From: Eledone cirrhosa
Taxonomy: Eukaryota
Direction of reading: 5' to 3'
Assembly (NCBI GenBank): GCA_964016885.1
Contig: OZ024743.1
Location: 244,094,001 to 244,158,000 of the forward strand
DNA length: 64,000 nucleotides
The position numbers and the translations under genes were made by a program. The notes beneath the pieces are model-generated. The model did no database searches, had not been told where the DNA came from, and saw only the letters and a list, made by a program, of their open reading frames with translations. Positions 1 through 14,435 of this stretch are shown in pieces (within the stretch, counting starts at the first letter, position 1; each line of letters begins with the position of its first letter).

Positions 1-124
1 CCAATTATTCCTACGTCTATCCCTTCAGGATAACAGGATACTTTTTTTCTATTGCACATAATTATCGACTGCTCTACACATACATACATATATACACACA
101 TACATACATAAACACATACATGTA

Positions 125-203
<79 letters not shown>

Positions 204-741
204 TATTCTGGTTTTTAGACAGTCAACAATATTAATTATAGATAATGTCTATTTTCTTTCTGCCCATTATTTCTCATTTCTAAAAATAAGCAAATTTCTA
301 CGTAACAAACGAAAAACTAACGATTTCATTTCATCATAATTATCATCATCATCATCACAAGTGTATAACATAGTTAGGTGTCTTTGTATTCTGAGTTCAA
401 ATCCTGTTGTGGTCAATTTTACTTCCTCCACCAACCTGACAGCCATTACAGAAAAAAACGTGGCCACTGTACTTCTTTTTCTCATTTGAGCTTCTCCGTT
501 CTGTGACTAAATCATTAAAAAGGTCATCAGCATTTTCTTTCCTCTGGTTACACCAATAAAAAGTAATGACCTCTGTCAAAGCCATTAAATTATCCTTCCT
601 CGTGTAAATAATCATTTAAAATATCACTGTGGCTGCGCTTCCTCCTATGAATAATTCATTACAAAACTCGCGGTCGCTCTTCTTTTTCCCATGACAAAGC
701 CATTAAAAAATGCCCGATTAAACACTTCCCTCACTCCTTTC

Positions 742-1750
742 CTAGGAACTATAAATCTCTTCAGGTGCCGAGCTGCAAACCCACCAACTTTCCGAGTTGA
801 TGTTTGCTCCCGCCAACCTTTCCTCTAAGTAGTTGCTGAACACCTCAATTTCTGATGTGTTCGACACCATCACATTGTCGTCGTCCACATATGCCGACGA
901 AGCCCTTCCATGTTTGAAGGACCGGGCGCATAATCTGGAATAGTTTCGATCGGTGGTCATTTACTTTGACCATCGAGCTGATATCGCTGTGTATTGCAAT
1001 GATCCAGCCTCTGAAGACGGGATTGAAGCCGGCTACTTTGAGGACAACCTCCAGGTTTCGATGGTTGACCTTATCGAAAACTTTCGACTGATCTAAATTG
1101 GTCAGAGCACCATCGAAGTTGGGTTTACTCCCCACCCTTACCATGAGATGGAGTTTGACGTGTATGGACCTGATCGAGATTGCGCACGTCTGGGCCTCTC
1201 CTACCAGACCCTAGGTGACAAGCGCCAGCCTCGTTGCTAGCACCTTGGCCAAGAAATTTTAAACTTTGTATTGAGCAGAGTTATAGCCCGGAAATGATTT
1301 ATAACGTCCTCCTTATTGTCGTCTATCTTTTCTAATCGCTCTCTTGAGGGCATCCAATCAACTGTTGTTGACGACTGTTCCTGTCAACTGGTACTTAGCT
1401 AATGTGCTAATCCGGTTGATGCGGTCATTATGCACCGGGAACGACGCGTTAAGGTTCCAGTAACTGGGTACCTGCCTACGTGTTCTATCTAGGTCGACCA
1501 TGCAGACCACGAAATTGTGGTCTGAATAGGCGACTGTTTGAAATTGTGGAGATACTTGCTTCTGTTTAGCCCCTTTTTCCCTCCTCACTATTGATGTTGT
1601 CACTTCCCTTTTTTCTATCCATACATTAATAGTTGGTTTTGTCGTCTTTGTTGTTGCTGATGTTCTTGCAGTTGTTAATACCACCCTCACGGTGTTGGTG
1701 TTCGTAGCATTTGCTGTGCCACTAAAGATATTATTACGGCTGATAATCAT
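742..1750 (-). mobile_element. Heavily deleted L1/Tx1-clade LINE remnant (endonuclease-end and RT fragments)
   Basis: Minus-strand ORFs give VAYSDHNFVVCMVDLDR..SYWNLN (APE C-terminus), LDQSKVFDKVNH..FRGWI and AYVDD (RT motifs), matching the Tx1 copies downstream. Confidence 0.85.
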
Positions 1751-2369
1751 GCAGTCCGTGCGTTTGTTTTCTTTCCTCGTGCTTTCGTCGTCGTCGTCGT
1801 CGTTTTTGTTGTTTTTATTGCTGCTGCCTTTGCTGAGACTGTCTACCTGTTACTGAGTTATAGATTGCTTATAAATGGATAGGGAGATGATGACGTCATC
1901 TCTTAATATAATGTATTTTAAAACAAAAATCAACATTTTGTTTTCAAATTTCTGCTCACATGGGTCAAATAGAGAAAAAAAGAAAGAAAAGAAGCCGCCT
2001 ATAGCCCTTCTAGGTCTTGATTGGTTTGGCAAAGAGGGAGAACAAAAACAAGTTTACAATAACAAATACCTAAACGTCCAAACTTTCCACAATAATCTGC
2101 CAAAATATAAACACGTGTTGACACATCAAAAACAATAACAATAATAATACTTTCCTTGTTAGCCACAAGGGCTTGCATATAGAAATACAGTAAACATTAT
2201 AAATATGAGGATTACAATACACGTAGAGCGGGCCACCAATTATATCTTTTAAGAATATTTCAAGCCTGTAGCTAGAAGTGTAAACAATTGGTTAAGAAGC
2301 ATTGGAAAAAAAAAATTGAAAGTCTGTGTCCCAACACAGTTGATCATAACAATAATCGACCACTCTAAA

Positions 2370-3050
2370 TAATTGTTTCTACTTTTTGGCAAAGGCACAA
2401 GGCCAGCAGTATATTGTTCGACGCACTACCGATACTGCCAATCGACCGCCCTGAACCACTGTAAATAATAGTGAAGAAAATCGGTTAGAGTATTCCTGGA
2501 AACGGGAAAAGTATAAAAAGGCACCTGAAAGGAATTGAAATCGCAGTTGAATCCTTTCAATGTGTTATTAAAATAGAAAGCAACCAGTCTAACAATGTCT
2601 TATAAACATTGTTTCTACTTGTGGCACCAGACCAGTAATTTGAAAGGAAGGGAAAAGTCAATTAAAACGTCCCAATTCGTCACTGGTACCTTATTTTCTC
2701 GACCCCCGTAAGGAAAAAAAGCAAAGCTAACCTCGGCGGGATTTGAACTCAGAACGTAAAGGGCTGAAACTATATGTCGCAAAGCATGTTGGCCATCGAT
2801 CTACCGATATATGTTTTATAATTAATATTGAGAGGTTTTAGGCGGCCAATTGGAAAAGTGGTGAGGATGTTAGATAATTTATTTGTGGTAATGGTTTCAG
2901 CTGTCTTTGATCTTAGTTCAGATCTCGCCGAGGTCAACTTTGCCTTTCATCCTTCCGTGGTTGATAAGATAATGTACCAATCACATATTGAGGTTGATGC
3001 AATTAACTTTGACCTCCCCACGAATTTTGGCATCGTGCCTAAATTGGAAA
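2370..3050. mobile_element. Cluster of three tRNA-derived SINE copies (two minus, one plus)
   Basis: Matches to the window consensus GAGTTCAAATCCCGCCGAGGTTAACTTTGCCTTTCATCC..GGGTCGATAAAATAAAGTACCAGT..GGCCTTGTGCC..AGTAGAAACAATT. Confidence 0.75.
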
Positions 3051-3277
3051 TGTTTTATAGTGTTCAACTATTGTTATAACTATTTACGTTGGGACAACTT
3101 CATTTCAAAGTTTTATGATTTGCTAAAAGATCACAAAAGGAAATTTAACATGAATAGGCAAAAAGAAAAATGTAGTAGTCAGGTTTACAGGTAGGTTTTT
3201 TGGTGCAGTGCAACACAGTTTGGTCTAAAACCATTAGTGCTCCTGTTTAATTTAATACTTTGGTGATTAATGCAGGA

Positions 3278-3295
3278 ATATATATATATGTATAT

Positions 3296-3327
<32 letters not shown>

Positions 3328-3493
3328 GGAGAGAAAGAGAGAGAGAGAGAGAGAGGGAGAGAGGGAGAGAGAGAGGGAGATACACATGGGTAGATAGATA
3401 GATAGATGGACACCTAGGTAGATAGATAGAGAGAGAAAGATACGATAGAAAGGAAAGTAGACTGTGACAGGCATTTTGCCGCTGTTGCTGCCG

Positions 3494-3535
<42 letters not shown>

Positions 3536-3977
3536 TTGCTGAGGAATTATTATTATTACTTTACACCAACTCAACTCTTGCACCTTTTTTTAAGACAAAT
3601 TAATGAGCCTGAAGTGTGGCATATAATTAGGGGCCGTCCAAGCTTTAAGATATAAGGATAATGATGGGGCAACATGGCTTAGGGGTCAACTGTGGGTGTC
3701 GCTGTGAGAGGGCAATAAAAACAAAGTATTCATTGTTGTTTTGACAACAACCCATCATCTTTCATCTCTCCTCTCTCCTCTCTCTTATAGCCATTTTTCA
3801 CTTACTGCCGCCCTTTCTTTTTCCCGCTCTTCACTCATAATTTTCACTCCTTATCTCTCTGTCTCTGCCCCGCCCCTCTCTTTCTTTCTCTCCCTCTCTC
3901 TCTGTATATATACATATATACATATATACATATATATATATATATATCTTACTATCTATCTACCTACCAACCTACCA

Positions 3978-4054
<77 letters not shown>

Positions 4055-4126
4055 TAGGTAGGTAGGTAGGTTGGTAGGTATGTAGGTAGATAGGTTGATA
4101 TGTAGGTAGGTAGATGGATAGATATA
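3278..4126. repeat. Compound microsatellites (TA, GA, GATA, CTA, TCTA, TAGG)
   Basis: Direct reading. Confidence 0.95.
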
Positions 4127-6114
4127 TTTCTTTATTTGCCACAAGGGCGCACAAGAAAAGGGGACAATACAAAGACACATGCCGGAGATTTTACATACAG
4201 TCGTGTTAAATATTGAAACAAACAATTATAACAATCTAAATCCCCAATAGGGGCGAGGCGTCACAAATGGGTTGTTTAATACCCCGTCGATAGAACAACC
4301 CTCAACTTCAGGAGCGTGTTGTGCAAGTGCTCCTTTCTTCCTTTTGCTCTCTTCTTTAACCTACAGGCTTATAAACAGAGAAGGCCCAATCACTCGGGCC
4401 ATTTTCGCTTCATTCACCCACCTTTCAGTAAATTTACTGGGGTGCAGTGCCTCTCTCTCCACTCTGATTCTCCTTCTAAAGTGATACTTAAAGAAGGGAA
4501 TCAATTGTTGTCCGGAGAGAAAGGCATCTGTCCTCAGTCCTCTGAATCTCGTCCACCATATAACCTCTTTCATCATAGCTACTATACAGAGGAAAACCGC
4601 CTCTCTTTCGTTTTTGAAAGAAGCTGGGGGTTTGATCCTTACTATGGACTCGGCAGTGAACTGGATTTGTCCCATACGCGACAGCAGTTGTTCTGCATAG
4701 TTCCACAGGTCGCTTACGCCCGGGCAGTGTACAATTGCGTGCAAGACGGTTTCAATGTCCTGCTCACATCTTGGACACGTCCTCTTGGAAGGATCCCTGC
4801 GAGGCGTCCGTCCTGTAGATCTTACCTCGAACGGGTAGAGCTCTTCGGTAGCACTGCCAAGCCAGGGACCTCTGGAAGTTGTCCATAGGTCCCGGGCGGA
4901 ATGTCCAACCGAACAGACAGGTGAGCTCGTCGTCTTCGACGCCTAGAGTCTCCTCGAGCACGTCGTCGCACTTGTAAAGTGCAATCCCTCTATAGAATGT
5001 CGAAGTGGAGTCTCCACTGATTGCTGTGCCCGCTTGACAGAGGACTGTGAGCACCTGGGCGCATTCATTGTGCCAGGCGCCCATCTTCTTCGGTCTTCGC
5101 TTCACCCAAGACTGCTGTTCCATCAGCGAGACAAGTTGTGGGAAGACCTGTCTCACAAACGGTGCCCACACCGGTTGGACCGTGAGGAATACCTGGAGAT
5201 GCCGTAGCCTCAGCGCATGTTTGCGCATCATTAGCCACGGCATGCCCAGCCCTCCGTTGGAAGGGTGTTGATAGCAGACGGATCTCCTCACCAGTGAACC
5301 TTCTTCTTCCACAGGAACTGGAAGAGCATGCGTTCCATCTTGGTGAGGTATTCACAAGGACAAGGGTCGACAGTCAAGCGGTAGTAGATGACGGACGCTA
5401 TGAAAGTGTTCGCCACCTCCACTCTACCATTCAAAGACAGTTTGCACTCTGCCCACTTCTGGGTGAGCGCAAATACCTTGGCCATGACCTCGTTCCAGTT
5501 TTATTCTCCACCTGGAGGTCTGGACTGAACCAGACCCCGAGCAATTTCACCGGTCCTTCCGTCCAGCGTCCGACGACGCTGTCGGACGGCATCAGTTTGC
5601 CTCTCCACGTTCCGAGTTGCAAACCGACAGACTTGTCCGGGTTTAGTTTTGCTCCTGTCAACATTTCGTATTCCTGTAATAGGTTGCCGATTACCCTGAT
5701 TTCCGAGGTTTTCGACACCATTACCGTCACGTCGTCGACATAAGCCGACGCCGCTTTTCGCAGTCCCGGTTCTAAAGGGATGCCCTGCAAAAGCTCCAAC
5801 TTCCGCAGTAGTGGCTCTAGAGTCAATACGTACAGAATGGAGGAGAGAGGGCACCCCTGTCGAATGGAACGCGTGATTGCGAACGACTCCGAAAGGTAGC
5901 CTTTCACCTTGACCCTCGAGCAGATGCTGGTGTGCATCGCCTTGATCCAGCCTCTGAAAACGTGACCGAAACCGACCACCTTGAGAACCGCTTCCAAGTA
6001 TCGATGGTCGTCCCTATCGAATGCCTTTGACTGATCTAAATTGATCAGAACCGCGCCGAAGCCGGGTTTACACCCCACCCTCTCTATGATGTATCGCATG
6101 AGGTGGAGGTTGTT
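4127..6114 (-). mobile_element. Tx1-clade LINE family A, 5'-truncated (RT domain to 3' UTR)
   Basis: ORFs with LDQSKAFDR, RQGCPLS, AYVDD, GGLGMP and C-terminal ..GPSLFISL*; 3' end GCCCTTGTGGCAAATAAAGAAA followed by ATCT; 5' end abuts ATCTATC. Confidence 0.93.
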
Positions 6115-6123
6115 GATAGATAT

Positions 6124-9100
6124 GTTTCTTTATTAGCTACAGGGGCACAAAAGAAGGGGACAAATACAAAGGGGGAAGTTTACATACAATAAAAACGTGT
6201 AAAATATTATCACAAATGCAATTGAAAAGTTAATCGATTTTCCCCAATAGGGGGAGACATTTCATATGGGTAACACATACCCCCGAAAAAAATGTGCAAC
6301 CCTCATCTCCAGGAGTACGAAGAGTTTGTACTCCTTTCCTCTCTTCCTCCTTTTCCTCAACCTACAGGCTGATATAGAGAGAAGGCCCATTCAAATGGGC
6401 CATTCTCGCCACTTTCACCCACCTTTCATAAAACCTGCTGGGGTACAGCACCTCTCTCTCCATCCTGATTCTTCTTCCAAAGTGGTATTTGAAAAAAAGA
6501 ATCAGTTGTTGGCCGGAGAGAAAGGTGTCTGACATCAACCCTTTTAACCTCGTCCACCATACAACCTCTTTCGCCATAGCTATCACACAAAGGAAAACCG
6601 CCTCTCCTTCGTTTTTGAAGGAGGGTGGCGGTTTGATCATGACAATGGACTCGGTGGTCAACTGGATTGGTCCCACCCGCGACAATAGTCGTTCTACATA
6701 GCCCCACAGGTTGGTAAGGCCCGGGCAGTGTACAAATGTGTGCGCGACGGTTTCCTCGTCGCGCACGCATCTCGGACAGATTTTTTTCGAAGGGTACCTG
6801 CTCGGGCGCCCGTGTCTGTAGAGCTTGTCTCGAACTGGTAGAGCTCCTCGGTAGCACTGCCAGGCTAGCAACTTTTGGAAGTTGTCCATCGGTCCCAGGC
6901 GGAAGGTTCTACCGAACAGACTGGCCAGTTCATCTTCCTCTACGCCTAGAGTTTCTCCGAGCGCGACGTCTCACTTGCTGCGGACCAATCCTCTATAGAA
7001 TGACGAAGTGGAGTCTCCACTGATCGCTGGGCCCGCCTGCCAGAGGGCTGTGAGCGCCTGAGCACATTCGATGTGCCAGTCGCCCATTTTCCTCGGTCTT
7101 TGCTTGACCCAGGACTGCAGCTCGGTCAGCGGGACGAGTTGTGGGAATGCTCGCCTCACGTACGGGGCTCACACCGGTTGTCCGGTGAGGAATACGTGAA
7201 GGTGCTGCAACCTGACCGCGTGTTTGCGCATCGTCAGCCACGGCATCCCCAGCCATCCGTTTGAAGGGTGTTGGTAGCAGATGGATCTTCTCACCATAGG
7301 AACCCGCTTCTTCCAAAGGAATTGGAAGAGTGCGCACTCCATTTTGGTGAGCGTTTTGGCTGGAAAAGGCACGACGATCAAGCGGTAGTAGATGACGGAC
7401 GCTATAAAAGTGTTCGCCACCTCCGCTCGACCTTTCAAGGATAGTTTGCACTCGACCTTTCAATTCTGGGTGAGTGCAAACAACTTGGCCGTCACCTCGT
7501 TCCAGTTCTTCTCCACCTGGAGGTCCGGACCAGACCAGACCCCGAGCAGCTTTATCGGTTCTTCCGTCCAACGTCCGACGACGCCATCGGAAGGCACCGG
7601 TTTGCCTCTCCACGAACCGAGTTGCAAACCGATGGACTTGTCCCGGTTCAGCTTCGCTCCTGTGAACCTTTGGTATTCCTTCAGTAAGGTGCCAACTTCC
7701 TCGATTTGCGAGGTGCTCGACACCATTACTGTCACGTCGTCGGCATATGCCGACGACGCTTCCGCAGTCCCGGTTCCAGAGGGATGCCCTGCAACAGCAG
7801 ATGTTGCTGCTGTGCATTGCAGCAATCCAGCCCTTGAACACGAGTCCGAAGCCTGCCGCCTCGAGCACCGCATCCAGGTAACGACGGTCAACCCTATCGA
7901 AAGCCTTAGACTGATCCAAGTTGATCAGGGCCCCACCGAAGCCGGGTTTACACCCTACCCTCTCTATGATGTATCGCATGAGGTGGAGGTTGTTGTGTAT
8001 GGACCTGGTCGGGATTGCGCATGTCTGCGCTTCTCCCACCAGGTTTTCGACGACAAGCGCCAGCCTCTTTGCCAACACTTTGGCCAAGATCTGTAACTCT
8101 GTGTTTAGCAGAGTTATGGGCCGGAAGTTGCCTATGTCATCCCCCTTATTCTCGTCCTTCCTGACTAGTGTGACCTCGCCCCTGGTCACAGAACTGGGAA
8201 TTCTCCCGTTCTGCTGCCAGTTGCAGTAGACCGGTTCCAGGAGACCGGAGAACAAGTCCAGCATTGCTACGTAAAATTCGTAGGGTAGACCGTCGAGACC
8301 TGGAGATTTGCGTTTGCCGCATTGGCTCAGCTCGTCCCCTATCTCAGCGGCTCAAATCGGTCTTTCACAGAACTTCGCCTCGCTGTCCTGAGTCGCGGTA
8401 GGCCGTCGAGGTATGGACCGAAATCCATAGCCCCTCCCGGCGCGCCGCCCTGCCCGAACAGCTGAGCAAAGTGCCGCTGAAAGGCCGGGCACATCTGCTT
8501 CGGCACACGTATCACGCGTCCGTCTTGGTCCTTCAAAGACTGAATCGTGGACTTGTTGCCACTTTTTGCCCCCGTCACGCGGGCCCAGCTAACAGCTTTG
8601 GCTCCCTCGTTAAAGAGCACGTATTTTGTTTCTGACAACGCAGCCTTCATGCTTTGTGTAGGAAGAACTGGTCCAAGGCCGTTCTCGTTGCTAGCACGCT
8701 GGCTACGTTGCCACTTCTAATTGCCTCTTCTACTTTATCTATCAGTTCCTTCCCGGTCTTATTTCTATTTAACGCTAATTCTTTACTAAAAACTAACGAA
8801 TCTAATGTAACTGCCCTCTTGAGAGAGTACCACCATCTGTTGTTGACAATGGCCCCTGTCAAGTGCTGTTTAACTAAAGTGCTAATCTGTCTACTGTAGG
8901 CTTTGCATGTCGGTAACGACAAGTTCAGCTTCCAGTAGCCGGGTCCTTGTCTATGGGTTCTACGATGCAGGTCACTAGTTTGTGATCTGAATAGGCAACC
9001 ATGAACATTTGAGGAAACCTTAACATGTCCCTATCTTTATTTCTAACTAGAACCCTATCTAGGTACGATCTAGATGTTCCGCTACGATTACTCCACGTCC

Positions 9101-11543
9101 ACAGTGGCACAGTCGGAAAATATAGTCGATATCTATCGGCCAGGTGAAATCGGCCGATTAACTGTTTGAGGCTGTTACACCCCCCTTTATCGGGACATGC
9201 TCGCACATAGTCCCAACGTGCTTCTAGGATTCCATTCCAGTCCCCCACTAAAAGCAAGGAGCGGGACGTTCTGAGAAAAGTCTCTAGACATTTGAAGAAG
9301 TCTGGCCGCGGTGTCCCGGATGGGGCATATGCGGCCACCAGCCTGAAGGCTCCACCTTCACTACCGTCAACGTCTAGGACCACCAGTCGACCCTCCGGGT
9401 TCAGATGTATCGTCTGTGTTACGAGGTCCAGGTGTTTCCGCAGCAAAACAGCAACCCGCCCCCACCACCCGGCTGAAAGAGAGATGCGTAGATCTCAAAG
9501 TCGTCGAAGATGGGGGCCAGCTGTCGCTCGCTGTGGATCCTGGACTCGCAAATAGCTACTACATGCATATTGTGCGACCTGAGGTCGTTTAAGAGTTTGC
9601 CCTATTTCCAGGGCATCCCTAGGCCACGTACATTCACACATCTAACTCTTATATTGGCCATGTTGGTGCTGGAAAGTTAAAAGAAGAGGAAAAGAAATCA
9701 CTCACCTCTTCGTCTCCTGGGGACCAGGCTGCACAATGTCCATGGGGATGTTGGAGGGGTTGTTTGGTAGGGTCCTGGCGGGGTGGGGACGGAGATGTTT
9801 GGAGGGGAGGGGGGGGGGGGGTCTGGTAGGGGGGGGATTGGGTTGGGGAAACGTTTCAAGAGGACGCGGTTCGTTTGTTTAACACACATATCCCCCACGT
9901 CCTCAGCAAAGTTTTCCTTTAAGGACTTATAGGTGTCTGTAGGGACCCTAATCATCCTTAAATTAGGTTTGTCTTTACATTTGGTAAAATATTTTCCTTC
10001 GGTTTCCACGGAAGGGTTTTTGGAGATGACCTTCATCAAGGTTTTATTGTCAGTGTTTATGTATGTATAATATTTTTGTTGTATTGTGTTAGTTTTTGTC
10101 TGTTGTTCTTGTGTGTGTTTTCGTTTTGTTGTGGGTATTTGTGTTTGGAGTGTTGCCATTGTTTTGTTTTCGGGAGGGGGGATTTTTGTTTGTAATGTTT
10201 GTGTTGTTTCTGTTGCCTTTTTGTTCGTGTTATGTCTTTTTTCTTTTTTGGGGGGCGAAGGGGTTCTCCCTCATCATCACGTTGTGGTGTCTGTTTTATT
10301 GGGGAGGGGTACTTTTTGGGGAGCTGTTGTGCTTATGGGTGTTTTGGGAGTTGTTTTAGGGGGGGGAGGGGTTGGGTGGGACTGTGTTTGCAGTTTGGTA
10401 TGTTTTTGTTATTTTTGTGTGTTGTTGTTGTTGTGGTGGTGGTGATTGTGTTGTGTTAGGTGTCGGCAGTAGTGCCTTTTTTTAATGCAGTTAATTGAGG
10501 ACAGGAAGCCCTCAGGTGACCACTGCTTAAACACTGTTAACATTGAAGGCCGCCCACCCCCAACAGAAATGTTTATGTAGGAATTTCCATCCAGAGGCAC
10601 ACGTTGTGGTATTCTAGCTATCCGTTCTAGTCTCATTTGGACCAGAACTTCTAAGCTTGTACCGTTGAATATGCCCCTGGAGGACTTTCCTACCGAAATT
10701 ACTGTATCTTCATCAAAATTGATGAAACCAGCTAATATCCACCAGATGTTTACATTTGGTGTGATATTTGTTACTCTTATTTTTTGGGTCCCTTTTCCCA
10801 TATATGTGAGGAAAAAGGTGTAAAGGGGACACACAATTGGCGACACAGAATATTTTTGTGCTGTCAATTGGTCTTTCATTAGCACCAAAATGCTTCCAAA
10901 AAGTTTACATTTTTGGATGAAGGCAATATCCTTCATTGAATTCTTCAGAACCAGTTCAATTTCGTTTTGAGATAATTGAACTGGTTTTTTAGACACATTT
11001 GAAACTGTCCTAAAATTATTGTTTTTAGGATAGTTTCTCTACGTAACTGTTGAGGAGAAGTGATGCTGAGAGTACCACTCTCACCAAAAGTTACATACTG
11101 CTTTGCATCACTTAACAGCTCCCTAGCATTGGAAATGTCAAGGTATGTAAACAGTTCCGTCTTTTGGACGGTTTGTGCGAAGGAAATCTTTCCCTTGTTT
11201 GTGGAGTTGTTCGTGTTGCTGTTGTTGTTGGTGGTGTTGTTGTTATCATTGTTGCTGTTGTTATTGTTGTCCTTGTTGTCATTGTTGTTGTTGTTGTTCT
11301 TCTTCTTCTTGTTCTGGTTGGTATTGTTTACATTTTTCGGTGTTGGTGTTATAATCAACGTTCGACATCGTGTTTTCAAAACTGACGACATTTTCGACCT
11401 CTTTCAATGAGGTGGTGAGAGGAGATGACTGCGAGCTTAACACTCTTACCGCCTCTCCACCACTTCTAGTACTGGACGCGTCGTTCATGACTGAATGCAA
11501 AATTGTTTACAATTTTTTTCAAACGAAAATTTCACCCCAGTAA
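6124..11543 (-). mobile_element. Tx1-clade LINE family B, near full length (ORF1 about 11488-9702, ORF2 9661-6362, both frameshifted)
   Basis: APE endonuclease (LVGDWN, SYLDR, YSDH), RT (FRPITLLN, KAFDRV, YADD), C-terminal CPRC..H; ORF1 with FFLTYMG, NIWWILAG, QMRLERI. Confidence 0.93.
6362..9661 (-). pseudogene. ORF2 (APE endonuclease plus reverse transcriptase) of Tx1 family B, disrupted
   Basis: Overlapping ORF pieces 8925-9446, 8647-8922, 8339-8650, 6993-8264, 7460-7891, 7169-7438, 6362-6889; ATG at 9661 in CACCAAC-ATGGC context. Confidence 0.88.
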
Positions 11544-11549
11544 GATATA

Positions 11550-14030
11550 TTATTGATTAATGTTATATGATTTTTATATAAACCCCCGCCGTCACGTCTT
11601 GTAATGTGCCATTTTTTGTACGCCCTTGTGGCAGATAAAGAAAGCTATCTATCTATCTATTTTATGAAAGGTGGGTGAAAGTGGCGAGAATGGCTCGAGT
11701 GAATGGGCCTTCTCTCTATATCAGCCTGTAGGTTGAGGAAAAGGAGGAGGAGAGGAAAGGAGTACAAACTCTTCGTACTCCTGGAGATGAGGGTTGCACA
11801 TTTTTTCGGGGTATGTGTTACCCATATGAACTGTCTCACCCTATTGGGGAAAATCGACTATTTTTTTAAATTGCATTTGTGATAACATTTTACACGTTTT
11901 TATTGTATGTAAACTTCCCCCTTTGTATTTGTCCCCTTCTTTTGTGCCCCTGTGGCTAATAAAGAAACATATCTATCTTTCTATTTACCTATCTATCAAA
12001 TTATTTACCTATCTATCTATCTATCTTGCAGGCAATTGTACACTGCCCGGGCGTAACCGACCTGTGGAGCTACGCAGAACAACTGCTGTCACGTATGGGA
12101 CAAATCCAGTTGACTGCCGAGTCCATAGTAAGGATCAAACCGCCAACTTTTTTCAAAAACGAAAGAGAGGCGGTTTTCCTCTGTATAGTGGCTATGGTAA
12201 AAGAGATTATATGGTGGACGAGATTGAGAGGACTGAGGACAGATGCCTTTCTCTCCGGACAACAATTGATTCCCTTTTTTTGAAAGAGAATCAGAGTGGA
12301 GAGAGAGGTACTGCACCCCGGTAAATTTACTGAAAGGTGGGTGAATGAAGCGAAAATGGCCCGAGTGATTGGGCCTTCTCTGTTTGTAAGCCTGTAGGTT
12401 GAGGAAGAGAGCAAAAGGAAGAAGGGAGCAGTTGCACAACATGCTCCTGGAGTTGAGGGTTGTTCTATCGATGGGGTATTAAACAACCCATTTGTGGCGC
12501 CTCCCCCTATTGGGGATTTCGATTGTTGTAATTGTTTGTTTTTATATTTTTTACACGACTGTATGTAAAATACCCGGCATGTCTTTGTATTGTCCCCCTT
12601 TCTTGTGAGCCCTTGTGGCTAATAAAGAAATATATCTATCTATCAAATTATTTACCTATCTATCTATCTATCTTGCAGGCAATTGTACACTGCCCGGGCG
12701 TAACCGACTTGTGGAGCTACGCAGAACAACTGCTGTCGCGTATGGGACAAATCCAGTTCACTGCCGAGTCCATAGTAAGGATCAAACTGCCAACTTTTTT
12801 CAAAAACGAAAGAGAGGCGGTTTTCCTCTGTATAGTGGCTATGGTAAAAGAGATTATATGGTGGACGAGATTGAGAGGACTGAGGACAGATGCCTTTCTC
12901 TCCGAACAACAATTGATTCCCTTCTTTAAGTATCACTTTAGAAGGAGAATCAGAGTGGAGAGAGAGGCACTGCACCCTAGTAAATTTACTGAAAGATGGC
13001 TGAATGTGGCAAAAATGGCCCGAGTGATTGGGCCTTCTCTGTATATTAACCTGTAGGTTGAAGAAGAGAGCAAAAGGAAGAAAGGAGCACTTGCACAACA
13101 CGCTCCTGAAGTTGAGGGTTGTTCTATCTACGGAGTATTAAACAACCCATTTGTAACGTCGCTCCTTATTGAGGATTTCGATCGTTGAATTTGTTTGTTT
13201 AAACATTTTTTTTTACACGACTGTATGTAAAATCCCTGGAATATGTCCTTGTATTGTCCCCTTTTCTTGTGCGCCCTTGTGGCAAATAAAGAAATCTATC
13301 TATAGTGCTACCGATGAGCTCTACCGGTTCGTGACAAGATGTACAGGCACGGACGCCCCGCAGGGATCCTTCCAAGAGGACGTGTCCAAGATGCGCGCAT
13401 TGAAACATTCCTGCACGCAATTGTACACTCCCCGGGCGTAACTGACCTGTGGAACTATGCAGAACAACTGCTGTCACGTATGGGACAAATCCAGTTGACT
13501 GCCGAATCCATAGTAAAGATCAAACCGCCAGCCTCTTTCAAAAACGAAAGAGAGGCGGTTTTCCTCTGTACAGTGGCTATGGTGAAAGAAGTTATATGGT
13601 GGACGAGATTGAGAGGACTGAGGACAGATGCCTTTCTCTCCGGACAACAATTGATTCCCTTCTTTAAGTATCACTTTAGAAGGAGAATCAGAGTAGAGAG
13701 AGAGGCACTGCACCCCGGTAAATTTACTGAAAGGTGGGTGAATGAAGCGAAAATGGCCCGAGTGATTGGGCCTTCTCTGTTTATAAGCCTGTAGGTTAAA
13801 GAAGAGAGCAAAAGGAAGAAATGAGCACTTGCACAACACGCTCCTGGAGTTGAGGGTTGTTCTATCGACGGGGTATTAAACAACCCATTTGTGGCGCTTC
13901 CCCCCTATTGGGGATTTTTATTATTGTAATTGTTTGTTTTATATTTTTTACATGACTGTATGTAAAATCCCCGGCATGTCTTTGTATTGTCCCCTTTTCT
14001 TGTGCGCCCTTGTGGCAAATAAAGAAATCT
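11550..14030 (+). mobile_element. Train of five 5'-truncated Tx1 3' fragments (C tail about 11550-11645, B about 11660-11970, A about 12025-12630, A about 12672-13294, A about 13304-14027) separated by (TCTA)n
   Basis: Each ends in ..TGTGGC + AATAAAG-like + AAA + ATCT repeats; ORF2 C-terminal peptides (..QLTAESIVRIKPP..WWTRLRGL..). Confidence 0.92.
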
Positions 14031-14152
14031 ATCTATCTATACACATACCTATCTCATTCTTTCTCCACCTTCTCTCTCTTTTATTAACCCATTCTATTTC
14101 CCCCGTTTAAACTCTTTTGTACTTTCCCTTCTTATTTTACTTTTGCATTTGT

Positions 14153-14435
14153 TGTGAAGGCACGTAATTTAGTTGTTAGAGTCTTTGGCTCACAATGGTA
14201 AGGTCACGAGTTCGATTACCGATGGCACGTTGTGTCCTTGAGCAAGACACTTTATTTCCTGTTGGTGCAGTCAATTCAGCTGGCAAAAATGAGTTGGACC
14301 AGTAATTCAAAGGATCAGCCATGTCACACACTGTAACACGTTGAATATCCCCGAGAACTATGTTAAGAGTGTATGTCAGTGCAATACCCGGCCACTTGCA
14401 TGAGCTGGCCATTCTGTTGATGAAATAATAATTGG
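14153..14435 (+). mobile_element. tRNA-derived SINE, second family (GTGTCCTTGAGCAAGACACTT core)
   Basis: A/B-box-like head (TAGTTGTTAGAG..GTTCGATT) plus core; related copies at about 18060-18300(-), 25070-25160(-), 56385-56640(+), 59185-59325(+). Confidence 0.75.
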
